Shown: positions 10,580 through 20,583 of the stretch, one piece after another
Layout of the letters: the number at the start of each line of letters is the position of its first letter
Position numbering within the stretch: the first letter of the stretch is position 1
Assembly: GCA_963632255.1 (NCBI GenBank)
Contig: CAVGTC010000001.1
Coordinates: 3,965 to 67,964 of the forward strand
Length of the DNA stretch: 64,000 nucleotides
Source of the DNA: Lachnospiraceae bacterium
GTDB taxonomy: Bacteria; Bacteroidota; Bacteroidia; Bacteroidales; Bacteroidaceae
Direction: 5' to 3'
The notes under the pieces: generated by a model
What the model was told of the DNA's origin: nothing
The model's input: only the letters and a program-made list of their open reading frames with translations
Databases searched by the model: none
Made by a program: the position numbers and the translations under genes

Positions 10580-13045
10580 TCACTTCGCGCACGCTGCGGA
10601 AAGCTTGCCGCCCTCAGCGGTGACCGTATATGCATGCCCTTTCTTTGTGGGGAAAGTCAGCGCGGCCGCGCCGTAGCGCACGGTGCAGTTGCCACCCGAG
10701 TGCGACATGATGCGGGCCGAGGTGAGGTGTCCGCCCCGCCAGTGTATGTCCACGCCGAAGTTGCCCCGTGCGCAAAGTCCCGTGACGCTGCCTTCGCCCC
10801 ACGCGTCGGGCAGGGCGGGCAGCAGGTCGACGCAGCCCGCGTGGCTTTGCAGCAGCATCTCCGTCACGCCCGCCGTGCCGCCGAAGTTGCCGTCAATCTG
10901 GAAAGGCGGGTGAATGTCCCAAAGGTTGTCGGCGGTGCCGTTTTTCAGGAGGTTGCCATAAAGCGTGTACGAGCGGTTGCCGTCGCGCAGGCGCGCCCAC
11001 TGGTTGAGCTTCCAGCCCATGCTCCATCCCGTCGCGCCGTCGCCCCTGTGGTTGAGTACCACGCGGCATGCCTCGGCCAGCGCGGGCGTGGTGAGCGGGG
11101 AGATGGTGTGGCCCGGGTGCAGGCCGAAGAGGTGGTTGACGTGGCGGTGCTGGTCGGCGGGGTCGTCTATGTCTTCGCTCCATTCTAGCAGCTGTCCGTA
11201 CCGCCCCACGCGGTAGGGCGCGAGGTCGCGCAGCGCGGTCTCCCAGCGGGCGGTCTCCTCCGTGTCCGTCCCCAGCTCACGTGCGGCGGCGATGCAGTCA
11301 AGCAGCAGCTCGCGTATGACGGCATGCGTGAAAGTCGTCCCCTCGTCTATCGGCCCGTGCTCGGGCGAGGTGGAGGGCGCGGCGGTGAGCGTGCCGTCCG
11401 CCTTGCGCCAGAGGAAGTCCTCGCAGAAAAGCGCGCAGCCGCGCATCAGCGGGTAGGCCGTCTCGCGCAGAAACTTCCTGTCGCGCGTGTAGTCGTAGTA
11501 GTCCCACAGGTGTGTGGCGAGCCACGGCGCCGCCACAGGGTTGTAGTTCCATGACATGTCCTGGCTTTCAAGCGGCGCGGTGAAGCCGAAGATGTTGGCG
11601 GAGATGCCCGCCGCCCATCCGCGCGCCCCCCAGTACGCTTTCGCCGTGCGCTCACCGGGCTTCTCAAGCAGCCGGATGAAGTCGGCGAGGGGCAGGGCGC
11701 ACTCGGAGAGGTTGGTGCAGAGCGCAGGCCAGTAGTTCATCTGCAGGTTGATGTTGTTGTGGTAGTCCACGCGCCACGGACCGTCCACGTTGTTGTGCCA
11801 CATCCCCTGCAGGTTGGCGGGCAGGTTGCCCGGGCGCGAGGAGGAGATGAGCAGGTAGCGGCCGTACTGGTAGTAGAGTGCCTCCAGCCCCTTGTCCTCC
11901 GCCCCCGCGCGGTAGGCGGCGAGGCGCTGCGGTGTGGGGAGGTATGATGTCTTTCCCCCGAGCGTGAGGGTGACGCGCCCGTAAAGGGCGGCGTAGTCTT
12001 TGTAGTGTTCGCTGAAGAGTTTTCCGTAACCCTTGGCCGCCGCGCGTTTCATCCACCGCGCCGTCGTGGCGGCGGGATCGGTGCCCACGTACGCCAGGCT
12101 GTCGGTGAAGGAGGGTGCGTAGTTGGGCTTGTAGTCGGTGTCAGCCGTGAGCAGTATCGTCACGTCCTCCGCACCCTCCACGGTGACGCCGCCGCCGTCG
12201 TAGCGCACGCTGCCGCCGTCGGCCACCGCCCTCACGCGCACGGCGTAGCGCATACGGTTGTTGTCAAGCCGCCCGGTATACACAAGTCCCTCCCCGTTGT
12301 CGCGGGCGAAGGTGCCCTCGCCCACGGGACTCGGCGTGTAGCGTATGGTGAGCTTTTGCGGCATGCTGCTGCGGAAGCGCGTCGCCATCACGTTGGCGGG
12401 GTAGGAGACAAAGGTGGTGCGCTCGTGGCGCGTGCCGTCGGCCGCCGTGAAGCTCACGCGGGCGAAGGCGGAGTCGACGGACAGCTCGCGGCGGTAACCG
12501 CTCACACCCCCGCTCTGCGTCCCGGTCTCCACGCAGAGTTCGCCCATCGTGGTGTACGACCCGAAGCGCCCCTGCGGCTCGCCCCATGTCTCGTAGGGCA
12601 CGTCGCTGTGGAAGTTCTCCATAGTGAGCCGCGCGGCGCGTTCCTTGTCACCCTTGGCGAAGGCTTCGCGTATCTCGGCGAGGGCGGCCGTGCAGTCGCG
12701 GTTCTGCCGCCAGTAGTCCTCCGCTCCCTTCGCCGTGTTGGGTCCGCCGCGCCACAGCGTCTTCTCGTTGAGCGTGTAGCGCTCCGTGGCGACGGAACCC
12801 ATCACGTTGCAGCCTATGCTGCCGTTGCCAAGCGGCAGGGAGGCGTACTCCCACTCGTGGTCGGCGTTGGCCGCGCCCTCGCCGGCACTGACGGGCTTTT
12901 TTTCGTTGGTGAAGTTTTCGGGGTGGCCGCCGTACCAGCATTCCCTGCCGTTGAGGGTGGTGGGGGTGTCAAACCACATGGTGTTCTGCGCGGTGGCGGC
13001 GGACGGGGCGCAGAGCAGCAGGAGGGGGAGTAGTGTACTTCTCAT
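10580..13045 (-). CDS. Glycoside hydrolase family 95 (alpha-1,2-L-fucosidase-like), secreted
   Basis: SLPLGNG, QYGRYLLISSSR, NLQGMW, YHNNINLQMNYW, HRHVNHL, PPFQIDGNFG. Confidence 0.93.
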   Translation of the reverse strand: MRSTLLPLLLLCAPSAATAQNTMWFDTPTTLNGRECWYGGHPENFTNEKKPVSAGEGAANADHEWEYASLPLGNGSIGCNVMGSVATERYTLNEKTLWRGGPNTAKGAEDYWRQNRDCTAALAEIREAFAKGDKERAARLTMENFHSDVPYETWGEPQGRFGSYTTMGELCVETGTQSGGVSGYRRELSVDSAFARVSFTAADGTRHERTTFVSYPANVMATRFRSSMPQKLTIRYTPSPVGEGTFARDNGEGLVYTGRLDNNRMRYAVRVRAVADGGSVRYDGGGVTVEGAEDVTILLTADTDYKPNYAPSFTDSLAYVGTDPAATTARWMKRAAAKGYGKLFSEHYKDYAALYGRVTLTLGGKTSYLPTPQRLAAYRAGAEDKGLEALYYQYGRYLLISSSRPGNLPANLQGMWHNNVDGPWRVDYHNNINLQMNYWPALCTNLSECALPLADFIRLLEKPGERTAKAYWGARGWAAGISANIFGFTAPLESQDMSWNYNPVAAPWLATHLWDYYDYTRDRKFLRETAYPLMRGCALFCEDFLWRKADGTLTAAPSTSPEHGPIDEGTTFTHAVIRELLLDCIAAARELGTDTEETARWETALRDLAPYRVGRYGQLLEWSEDIDDPADQHRHVNHLFGLHPGHTISPLTTPALAEACRVVLNHRGDGATGWSMGWKLNQWARLRDGNRSYTLYGNLLKNGTADNLWDIHPPFQIDGNFGGTAGVTEMLLQSHAGCVDLLPALPDAWGEGSVTGLCARGNFGVDIHWRGGHLTSARIMSHSGGNCTVRYGAAALTFPTKKGHAYTVTAEGGKLSAACAK

Positions 13046-13152
13046 AGAGTGGGAGAGCGCGTGTGCCGTGCGGCACGGCGGTAAAAAGGGGAAAGGCGTT
13101 CGCATAAATCATCTATGCAAACGCCTTAGCCGTAGACTTTGATAAGGTTGTG

Positions 13153-13226
13153 CGCTTCAGGATGGGCTTGAACCAACGACCCCCTGATTAACAGTCAGGT
13201 GCTCTAACCAACTGAGCTACTGAAGC
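13153..13226 (-). tRNA. tRNA-Asn(GTT), copy 3 in transcription order
   Basis: Reverse complement GCTTCAGTAGCTCAGTTGGTTAGAGCACCTGACTGTTAATCAGG...GGTTCAAGCCC...CTGAAGCG. Confidence 0.95.
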
Positions 13227-13272
13227 AGTGTGCAATCCGCAGGGTGCAGTAAACCGGACTCGCGTCCCGTCG

Positions 13273-13346
13273 CGCTTCAGGATGGGCTTGAACCAACGAC
13301 CCCCTGATTAACAGTCAGGTGCTCTAACCAACTGAGCTACTGAAGC
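13273..13346 (-). tRNA. tRNA-Asn(GTT), copy 2
   Basis: Identical to 13153-13226, offset 120 bp. Confidence 0.95.
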
Positions 13347-13392
13347 AGTGTGCAATCCGCAGGGTGCAGTAAACCGGACTCGCGTCCCGTCG

Positions 13393-13466
13393 CGCTTCAG
13401 GATGGGCTTGAACCAACGACCCCCTGATTAACAGTCAGGTGCTCTAACCAACTGAGCTACTGAAGC
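13393..13466 (-). tRNA. tRNA-Asn(GTT), copy 1
   Basis: Identical to the other two; TACCTTTG -7 element upstream at 13511-13518. Confidence 0.95.
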
Positions 13467-13573
13467 AGTTCCCGTCCGTACGGGGAAAGCCCCCTTGCCG
13501 AATTGCGGTGCAAAGGTAAAGGTTCTTTTTGGATTTAACTATATCTTTGCACGGATTTTTGATATTTTTCGGG

Positions 13574-14560
13574 ATGGGAAAAGTTCTGGGAATAGGCAAC
13601 GCGCTGCTTGACCGCCTTGTGCAGATAGACAGCGGCAAGCTCCTCGGCGAGCTGGGGCTGGCGAAAGGCGGCATGCAACTGATAGACACCGTGCGCTACC
13701 GCCGGCTGCAGAGTGTGCTTGACGCTTATTCCACCATACGCACCACGGGCGGCTCCGCCTGCAACACAATGAAAGTCATCGCCCGCCTCGGCGGAAAGGC
13801 CGGGGTGATAGGCAAAGTGGGCAGCGACGACGAGGGACGCTTCTTTGAGGAGAGCTTTCGCCGCCTTGGCGTGGAGACGCAGCTTATAAAGGACACGCTC
13901 CCCACCGGCGTGGCCTCCACTTTCATTACCCCCGACGGGCAGCGCACTTTCGGCACCTACCTCGGCGCGGCGGCGCGACTCTCGGCGGACGAGCTGCGGG
14001 CGGAATGGTTTGCAGGCTGCGAGTACTTCTATATAGAGGGATATCTCGTGCAGGACCACGCGCTGGTGCGCCGCGCCACGCAGCTGGCGCACGCGGCGGG
14101 CGCAAAGGTGTGCCTCGACCTCGCGAGCTTCAACATCGTGGAGGAGCAGCGCGACTTCTTCACCGGACTTATGCCGGAGATAGACATCGTTTTTGCCAAC
14201 GAGTACGAGGCGTGCGCCTTTACCGGGATGGACGACGCGCAGGCCAACCTCCACCACCTCTCCGAGCTTTGCGGCACGGCCGTGGTGAAGATTGGCAAGC
14301 ACGGCGTGCTGGCCAAGCGCGGCGGGGAGGAGATATGCTGCCCGGCACGCGATGTGCCGCGCGTGGTGGACACCACGGCGGCGGGCGACTATTTCTCGGC
14401 TGGCTTCCTCTACGCCTTGCAGGACGGGCGCGGACTGATGGAGTGTGTGGAACTCGGCTCCCTCCTTGCCGGGCACATCATCGAGGTGGTGGGCACGTCC
14501 CTCCCGGACGAGGTGTGGAACAAACTTTGCCGCTACGCGCTGATGCAGGGACGCAAATGA
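13574..14560 (+). CDS. PfkB family kinase (adenosine kinase-like)
   Basis: GIGNALLD, GGSACNT, FANEYEA, VDTTAAGDYF; TATCTTTG at 13542-13549. Confidence 0.88.
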   Translation: MGKVLGIGNALLDRLVQIDSGKLLGELGLAKGGMQLIDTVRYRRLQSVLDAYSTIRTTGGSACNTMKVIARLGGKAGVIGKVGSDDEGRFFEESFRRLGVETQLIKDTLPTGVASTFITPDGQRTFGTYLGAAARLSADELRAEWFAGCEYFYIEGYLVQDHALVRRATQLAHAAGAKVCLDLASFNIVEEQRDFFTGLMPEIDIVFANEYEACAFTGMDDAQANLHHLSELCGTAVVKIGKHGVLAKRGGEEICCPARDVPRVVDTTAAGDYFSAGFLYALQDGRGLMECVELGSLLAGHIIEVVGTSLPDEVWNKLCRYALMQGRK

Positions 14561-14607
14561 CGCCGCCCCGCCTACCTTTCAGCCCCGCTCACACGTCATT
14601 TTGACTT

Positions 14608-16275
14608 ATGGCACGCTTACTTTTCCTTGCAGTTCTTTTCCTCGCCGCCCTATCCCCCGCCCGCGCGCAGCAGACGGGGCACAATTTCGAGGTGGCGAAA
14701 AACCTTGACATCTTTAACGCGCTTTACCGCGAGCTGGACCTCTACTACGTGGACACGCTTGACGCGAAGAAGAACATAGACAACGCGCTGCTCTATATGC
14801 TGGTGCAGATAGACCCCTACACCGAGTACTACGCGGAGGAGAACACCGGCGACCTGCGCCAGATGGCGACGGGCAAGTACGGCGGCATCGGCTCCGTGGT
14901 GCGCTATAAGCGCGGCGAGGATCGCTGCATACTCGAGCAGCCCTTAGAGGGGATGCCTGCCGCGCTTGCCGGACTGCGCCCCGGCGATGTCATCATGGCG
15001 ATAGACGGAAAGGAGATAGCTCCCTGTGGGAAGCAGGATAGCGTCGCCTACGTCAAAATGGTCAGCGGAAAGCTGCGTGGCGAGCCGGGCACCTCGCTGG
15101 TGCTTAGGGTGCGGCGGCCGGGGGCGGGGCGCACGCTCACGGCGAAGCTCACGCGCCGCAATATCGTGCTGCCCTCCGTCGCGCTGCACACTATGGCGGG
15201 CGACAGCGTGGGCTATATACATGTGTCCAAGTTTATCGAGGGCACGGCGAGCGAGATACGCCGCGCGGTGGTAGAGCTGAAGCAGCAGGGGGCGCGCCGC
15301 CTTGTGCTTGACCTGCGCGGCAACCCGGGCGGTTTGGTGGACGAGGCGGTGAAGACGGTCAACCTCTTTATTCCGCGCGGGCGCACGGTGGTCAGCATAA
15401 AGGGAAAGGTGAAAGATGTCAACCACACCTACAAGACATCCATCGACCCGCTTGACCCGGACATACCGCTGGCCGTGCTGACGGACGAACACTCTGCCTC
15501 GGCGGCGGAGATAACGAGCGGCGCGCTGCAGGACTACGACCGCGCGGTTATCATAGGTCAGCGCACCTACGGCAAGGGACTTGTGCAGCAGGACCGCGAG
15601 TTGCCCTACAAGGCGATGGTGAAGATTACCACGGGCAAATACTATATCCCCTCTGGGCGCTGCGTGCAGGCGTACAGCTTCGAGGATGGGGAACCCGTCC
15701 ACCTCGCGGACTCGCTTGCGAAGGACTTCCTGACGGCGGCGGGGCGCATTGTGAAGGACGGCGGCGGCGTAACACCTGACATCACGGTGGAGCCAGACAG
15801 CCTGCCGAACCTTGTGTACTACCTGATGGCAAGCGACCAGCTTTTCGATTACGCCGTGCTTTACCGCAACACACACGAGAGCATCGCCGCGCCGCCGCGC
15901 TTCACCCTTACGGCGGACGAGTACAGCGACTTTTGCGCCTACCTTAAGAAAAACGGTTTCAGCTATGACCGCCAGAGCCTGCGGGTGCTGGGGACACTGC
16001 GCAGGATTGCCGGCATGGAGGGCTACGGCACGGAGGCGAAAGCCGAGCTTGATGCGCTGGAGACAAAGCTGCGCCACAACGAGTCGCGCGACTTTGTGCG
16101 CTGGGAAAAGGAGATACGCGAAGTGGTGGAGGGGGAGATTGTGGGCAACTACTATTACACGCGCGGAGCAGAGGAGTATGCCCTGCGCGGTGACAAGTGC
16201 CTTCGCCGTGCCCTTCGCACGCTTTGCAACGACAAGGAGTACCGCAAGCTGCTGAGCGGCGAGCCGGAGGCGTGA
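14608..16275 (+). CDS. S41 family C-terminal processing peptidase (second paralog)
   Basis: IDPYT, DLRGNPGG, SASAAEITSGALQDYDRA, RTYGKGLVQ. Confidence 0.92.
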   Translation: MARLLFLAVLFLAALSPARAQQTGHNFEVAKNLDIFNALYRELDLYYVDTLDAKKNIDNALLYMLVQIDPYTEYYAEENTGDLRQMATGKYGGIGSVVRYKRGEDRCILEQPLEGMPAALAGLRPGDVIMAIDGKEIAPCGKQDSVAYVKMVSGKLRGEPGTSLVLRVRRPGAGRTLTAKLTRRNIVLPSVALHTMAGDSVGYIHVSKFIEGTASEIRRAVVELKQQGARRLVLDLRGNPGGLVDEAVKTVNLFIPRGRTVVSIKGKVKDVNHTYKTSIDPLDPDIPLAVLTDEHSASAAEITSGALQDYDRAVIIGQRTYGKGLVQQDRELPYKAMVKITTGKYYIPSGRCVQAYSFEDGEPVHLADSLAKDFLTAAGRIVKDGGGVTPDITVEPDSLPNLVYYLMASDQLFDYAVLYRNTHESIAAPPRFTLTADEYSDFCAYLKKNGFSYDRQSLRVLGTLRRIAGMEGYGTEAKAELDALETKLRHNESRDFVRWEKEIREVVEGEIVGNYYYTRGAEEYALRGDKCLRRALRTLCNDKEYRKLLSGEPEA

Positions 16276-16430
16276 GCCGCGCCGGCGTGGAAACGTAAAG
16301 ACGCGCGTAGTAAAGGAAAAACACATGGGGTCATAAGGTCGTTCCCGCAAAGGGAAGCCTTATGGCCCCATTTCTTTTGACCTGTTGGACAGCCTTTTGC
16401 CGCTGCCCTGCCCGCAGTGCGGGTTTCGCT

Positions 16431-17795
16431 TTATCGCCCTGCCGCCGCCTGCCGTCGCATGTCGCGGAAAGCACTCCACGCCACAGGCACGCTCAGGGCG
16501 AAAGCGCACACGTCCGCCACGGCCTGGCTCATCTCCACGCCGAGCAGTCCCGCCAGGCGCGGCAGTACGATGATGAGCGGTATGAAGAAGAGTCCGCTGC
16601 GTGCCGCCGCCACGAGGTTGGCACGCACGGGCTTGCGTATCGTCTGCAACAGCATGTTGGTCACCACGATGGTGGGCACAAGCACAAACGAGCACACCTG
16701 CCACCGCAGGGCGACGGCTCCGACGCGCACCACCTCGGGGTCGTGGCGGAAGAGATGCACTATCCCCCCGGCGTAGACAAACGACACCGCCGCCACCGCA
16801 CCGAGGAATACGGTGCCGAGTTTCACGCAGTAGACGAAGCCTTCGCGCACGCGGCGGTACAGTCCCGCGCCGTAGCAGAAGCCGCACAGGGGCTGGAAGC
16901 CCTGCCCCAGGCCCACCACGATGGCGAAGGTGAAGTAGCTGAAGCGCGTGACGATGGACATCGCCGCTATCGCCGCGTCGCCGTACGCTGCGGCGGCGTG
17001 GTTGAGCATCAGCGTGGAGAGGCTACCAAGCCCCTGCCGAGAGAGGGAGGGCGTGCCGCCCATCACCATCTCCTTTATATAGTGCGGGGAGGGGGAGAAC
17101 TGCCTCAGGCGTATGGCGATGTTGCCCGCGCGGCCGCTCATTCTCAGCAGTGCGAGGAAACCGCACAACTGGCTCGCCACCGTAGCCCACGCCGCGCCGC
17201 GCAGCCCCATGCCGAGACCGAAAACGAAGAGCGGGCAGAGCGCGAAGTTGAGCAGCACGCCGCTCATTATGCCGTACATGGCATAGAGCGCGTTGCCCTG
17301 GAAGCGCATCTGGTTGTTAAGCGTGAGGGAGGCGGTCATCACCGGCGCGCCGTAGAGAATGATGCCGAGGTACTGCTCGGTGTAGGGCAGTATGGTGGGA
17401 GTGGAGCCCAGCAGCAGTGAGAGCGGGGTGAGGAATACGTGACCCAGCACTGCGAGCACCGCGCCGAGCAGCACGCTGTACACAAAGCCCGTGGCGGCCA
17501 TTCGCCCCGCCTCCTCGTGCTGCCGCGCGCCGAGTTTGCGAGAGATGAAGTTGCCCGAGCCGTGCCCGCAGAAAAAACCTATGGCCTGTATCACGCACAT
17601 CACCGAGTAGACGATGCCCACCGCCGCCGTGCACTGCGTGTTGATGCGCCCGACGAAATAAGTGTCGGCCATGTTGTAAAGGCTTGACACCAGCATGGAG
17701 GCGATGGTGGGCGCGGACATCGCCAGTATCACGCGGTGTACGGGAGCTTGCGTGAGAAAGGTGTAGTTGTCCCTGTTGCCGCTCTTCCTTTTCAT
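16431..17795 (-). CDS. MATE family efflux transporter
   Basis: About 12 TM segments, LYNMADTYFVG, GLGQGFQP; start overlaps the upstream stop (ATGA). Confidence 0.9.
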   Translation of the reverse strand: MKRKSGNRDNYTFLTQAPVHRVILAMSAPTIASMLVSSLYNMADTYFVGRINTQCTAAVGIVYSVMCVIQAIGFFCGHGSGNFISRKLGARQHEEAGRMAATGFVYSVLLGAVLAVLGHVFLTPLSLLLGSTPTILPYTEQYLGIILYGAPVMTASLTLNNQMRFQGNALYAMYGIMSGVLLNFALCPLFVFGLGMGLRGAAWATVASQLCGFLALLRMSGRAGNIAIRLRQFSPSPHYIKEMVMGGTPSLSRQGLGSLSTLMLNHAAAAYGDAAIAAMSIVTRFSYFTFAIVVGLGQGFQPLCGFCYGAGLYRRVREGFVYCVKLGTVFLGAVAAVSFVYAGGIVHLFRHDPEVVRVGAVALRWQVCSFVLVPTIVVTNMLLQTIRKPVRANLVAAARSGLFFIPLIIVLPRLAGLLGVEMSQAVADVCAFALSVPVAWSAFRDMRRQAAAGR

Positions 17796-18430
17796 TTGTA
17801 TCTCATGTAGTCGGGCAAGGGTTCCTGCCGTGCCTCGTCAAAGCGCGAGCCGAGCAGGGTCTTCATCAGGGGGAAGAGCGTTTTGCGCAGCACTTTCTCG
17901 TTGAGCTGGTGACCGCCGTCAAAGCGCTCGGCGTGCGGGTAGCGCTTCGTGAAATCGGTGTACGCGTTGGCGGAGTTGGTGGTGGTGTCGCCTATGCCGA
18001 AGAGTCCGTAGCAAAGCTCACGGTCCTCGGGCGTGATTCCGTCAAACTGCCCCCGCTCCATTTCGCGGTAGTGCGCGATGGTGTCCTTTGTCACCTTAAA
18101 CTCCTTCTCGTTGTCCTTGCGCCCGTTGAGCCAGCGGTGCGTGCCGGTGTGCAGAGCCTTGCTCATGGACGACATGCGAAAGGCGGGATTGACGCACACG
18201 CGCAGATGGCCGCGCATCTGCTGCGCGTACATCGCGCCCATACTTGTGCCTATCAGGAGGTCGGGACGCTCTCGGTCGACGAGGTCCGTCAGCATGGGAA
18301 GTGCCTCGGCTGGGTCGGCGGGTATATCGGGTGCCACCACCTCGGCGGAGGGGAACAGCTTGCGCAGCAGCTCTACCGTGCCGCTCGCGCCGGACGAGGC
18401 GAAGCCGTGGAAGTACATCAGTTTTACCAT
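17792..18430 (-). CDS. YqiA/YcfP-like alpha/beta hydrolase (esterase)
   Basis: YFHGFASS, GTSMGA nucleophile elbow, VNPA, GGH. Confidence 0.8.
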   Translation of the reverse strand: MVKLMYFHGFASSGASGTVELLRKLFPSAEVVAPDIPADPAEALPMLTDLVDRERPDLLIGTSMGAMYAQQMRGHLRVCVNPAFRMSSMSKALHTGTHRWLNGRKDNEKEFKVTKDTIAHYREMERGQFDGITPEDRELCYGLFGIGDTTTNSANAYTDFTKRYPHAERFDGGHQLNEKVLRKTLFPLMKTLLGSRFDEARQEPLPDYMRYK

Positions 18431-18561
18431 CACTTTTTCCTTTTTACCGTTGGGGACACACCCCCGGGCGTGTGCAAAATTACAAATGCAACATTTCCCC
18501 CGCAAAGTGCAACGCCGCTCTTTTCCCCGTCCCCTACCTTTGCGGCATGAAAGAGACGGAT

Positions 18562-20562
18562 ATGACCATTGCGCGTTCGGCGGCGGTGTTGTCGGCATTG
18601 CTTTTCCCCGCCGCACTCGCGGCGCAAACCGATGCGCCGCAGGCCAAGGCTGACACACTTTCCGGGCGTTCGCTCGGCGTGGCCACCGTGTCCGCCCGCC
18701 GGAAGCCGGTGATGAGGGTGGAGGGGGCGGAAAACGCCCTCACGCTATCGCGGCAGGAGCTTTTCAAGGCGGCGTGCTGCAACCTCGGCGAGAGTTTTAC
18801 CACGAATCCCTCGGTGGACGTGAGCTACACCGATGCGGCTACGGGCGCAAGGCAGATAAAGCTGTTGGGGCTGGCGGGCACTTACGTGCAGATGCTCACG
18901 GAGAACATACCCGCCTACCGCGGCGCGGCCGCGCCTTTCGCGTTGGGCTATGTCCCCGGTCCGTGGATGCAAAGCATACAGGTGTCAAAGGGCTGTGCAT
19001 CGGTGAAGAACGGCTACGAGAGTCTGACGGGGCAGATAAACGTCGAATTCAAGAAACCGCAGGCCGACCCGTCCTTGGAGCTGAACCTCTTCGGCGACAC
19101 CAACGGGCGTGCCGAGGCTAACTTTGACGGCAACGTACGGCTGTCACGGCGGCTCAACACGGGCTTGCTGCTGCACTACGAGGACGAGTACGCCAGCCAC
19201 GACCGCAACGGGGACGGCTTCGCCGACCGCGCCAAGGTGCGGCAGGTACACGCCGCCAGCCGCTGGGCGTGGACTGGGGACAAATACATCTTTCAGGCGG
19301 CGGCGAGCGCACTGAAAGAGAACCGCAGCGGTGGGCAGCTGCACATGAAGGGTGACGGGGCTTACCGCATCGGCGTGGAGACAGAGCGCTATTCGGCATT
19401 CGCCAAAAACGCCTTTATACTTGACAAGGAGCGTGGCGAAAACCTCGCGCTCGTCCTTTCGGGCACCTACCACGCGGGTTCATCGCTTTACGGCGGGAAG
19501 TATTATGACGTGCGGCAGCGTACGGGGTACGCCTCGCTGCTTTACGAGACGGACTTCACGCGTGGGCACTCGCTTTCCGCTGGACTGTCGGTAAACCACG
19601 ACTATTACAACCAGCGCACCAACGCCGCGAAGGGTGTTGACGTGCGCGAGAGGGAAACCGTGGGCGGCGCGTACGCGCAGTACACCTACTCGCCGGACAG
19701 CCGCTTCTCGGTGATGGCCGGACTGCGGACCGACTATAGCAGCGTGTACGGCGCTTTCGTCACGCCGCGACTCCACATTAAGTACGCCCCCTCCACGCTA
19801 TTCTCTCTCCGCCTTTCCGCCGGGAAGGGCTACCGCACGCCGCACGCCTTGGCCGAAAACAGCAATCTGCTTGCCACCGGCCGCCGCCTTGTGGTGGAAC
19901 GGGTGCGGCAAGAGGAAGCGTGGAACGCGGGCGCTTCGCTCAACTTCAAAATACCGCTTGGCGGACACGTCCTCGACCTTAATGCTGAGTATTACTATAC
20001 GCACTTCCTCCACCAGACGCTCGCCGACATGGACAGCCGTGCGGACGAGATAAGGCTGGCGGACTTGCACGGGCGGTCGTACTCGCACACCGCGCAGATT
20101 GACGCAACTTACGATTTCGGCGCGGGTGTGAGCGTCACCGCCGCCTACCGCCATAACATAGTGCGTGCCACCTACGGTGGGCGACTGATGGAGAAACCGC
20201 TCACCGGGCGTTTCAAAGGACTGCTCTCCGTTTCCTGGAAGAGCCGTCTGGAGCTGTGGCAGGCCGACGCCACGCTGCAGCTTAACGGCGGTGGGCGGCT
20301 TACGCTTCACTACGCCGACGGCGCGTCCGAGCCTGTCGCCGACTCCCGCTACAAGCCTTTCGCGCAGGTCAACGCGCAGGTGACGAGATGGTTCAGGCAC
20401 TGGAGTGTGTACATAGGCGGGGAAAATCTCACCGGCTTCCGCCAGCGTCACCCCATTCTCGGCGCGGACAATCCGTGGGGAGAGCGTTTTGACGCGGTGA
20501 CGCAGGCGTGGGGACCGGCGATGGGCGCGATGGGCTATGCCGGCGTACGGGTACATTTCTGA
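18562..20562 (+). CDS. TonB-dependent outer-membrane receptor with AACCNL motif (metal-associated type)
   Basis: Signal peptide, plug region KAACCNLGESF...NGYESLTGQIN, C-terminal Phe; alternative start 18547. Confidence 0.82.
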   Translation: MTIARSAAVLSALLFPAALAAQTDAPQAKADTLSGRSLGVATVSARRKPVMRVEGAENALTLSRQELFKAACCNLGESFTTNPSVDVSYTDAATGARQIKLLGLAGTYVQMLTENIPAYRGAAAPFALGYVPGPWMQSIQVSKGCASVKNGYESLTGQINVEFKKPQADPSLELNLFGDTNGRAEANFDGNVRLSRRLNTGLLLHYEDEYASHDRNGDGFADRAKVRQVHAASRWAWTGDKYIFQAAASALKENRSGGQLHMKGDGAYRIGVETERYSAFAKNAFILDKERGENLALVLSGTYHAGSSLYGGKYYDVRQRTGYASLLYETDFTRGHSLSAGLSVNHDYYNQRTNAAKGVDVRERETVGGAYAQYTYSPDSRFSVMAGLRTDYSSVYGAFVTPRLHIKYAPSTLFSLRLSAGKGYRTPHALAENSNLLATGRRLVVERVRQEEAWNAGASLNFKIPLGGHVLDLNAEYYYTHFLHQTLADMDSRADEIRLADLHGRSYSHTAQIDATYDFGAGVSVTAAYRHNIVRATYGGRLMEKPLTGRFKGLLSVSWKSRLELWQADATLQLNGGGRLTLHYADGASEPVADSRYKPFAQVNAQVTRWFRHWSVYIGGENLTGFRQRHPILGADNPWGERFDAVTQAWGPAMGAMGYAGVRVHF

Positions 20563-20583
20563 AAAAACAGAATTATTATAAGG

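Noticed and set aside
13153..13466. Regular repeat-spacer pattern resembling CRISPR
   Set aside because: Repeats are complete tRNA-Asn genes and the spacers are identical
485..16275. Two S41 peptidase paralogs in one window
   Set aside because: Multiple divergent S41 paralogs are ordinary in Bacteroidales; no sign of recent duplication
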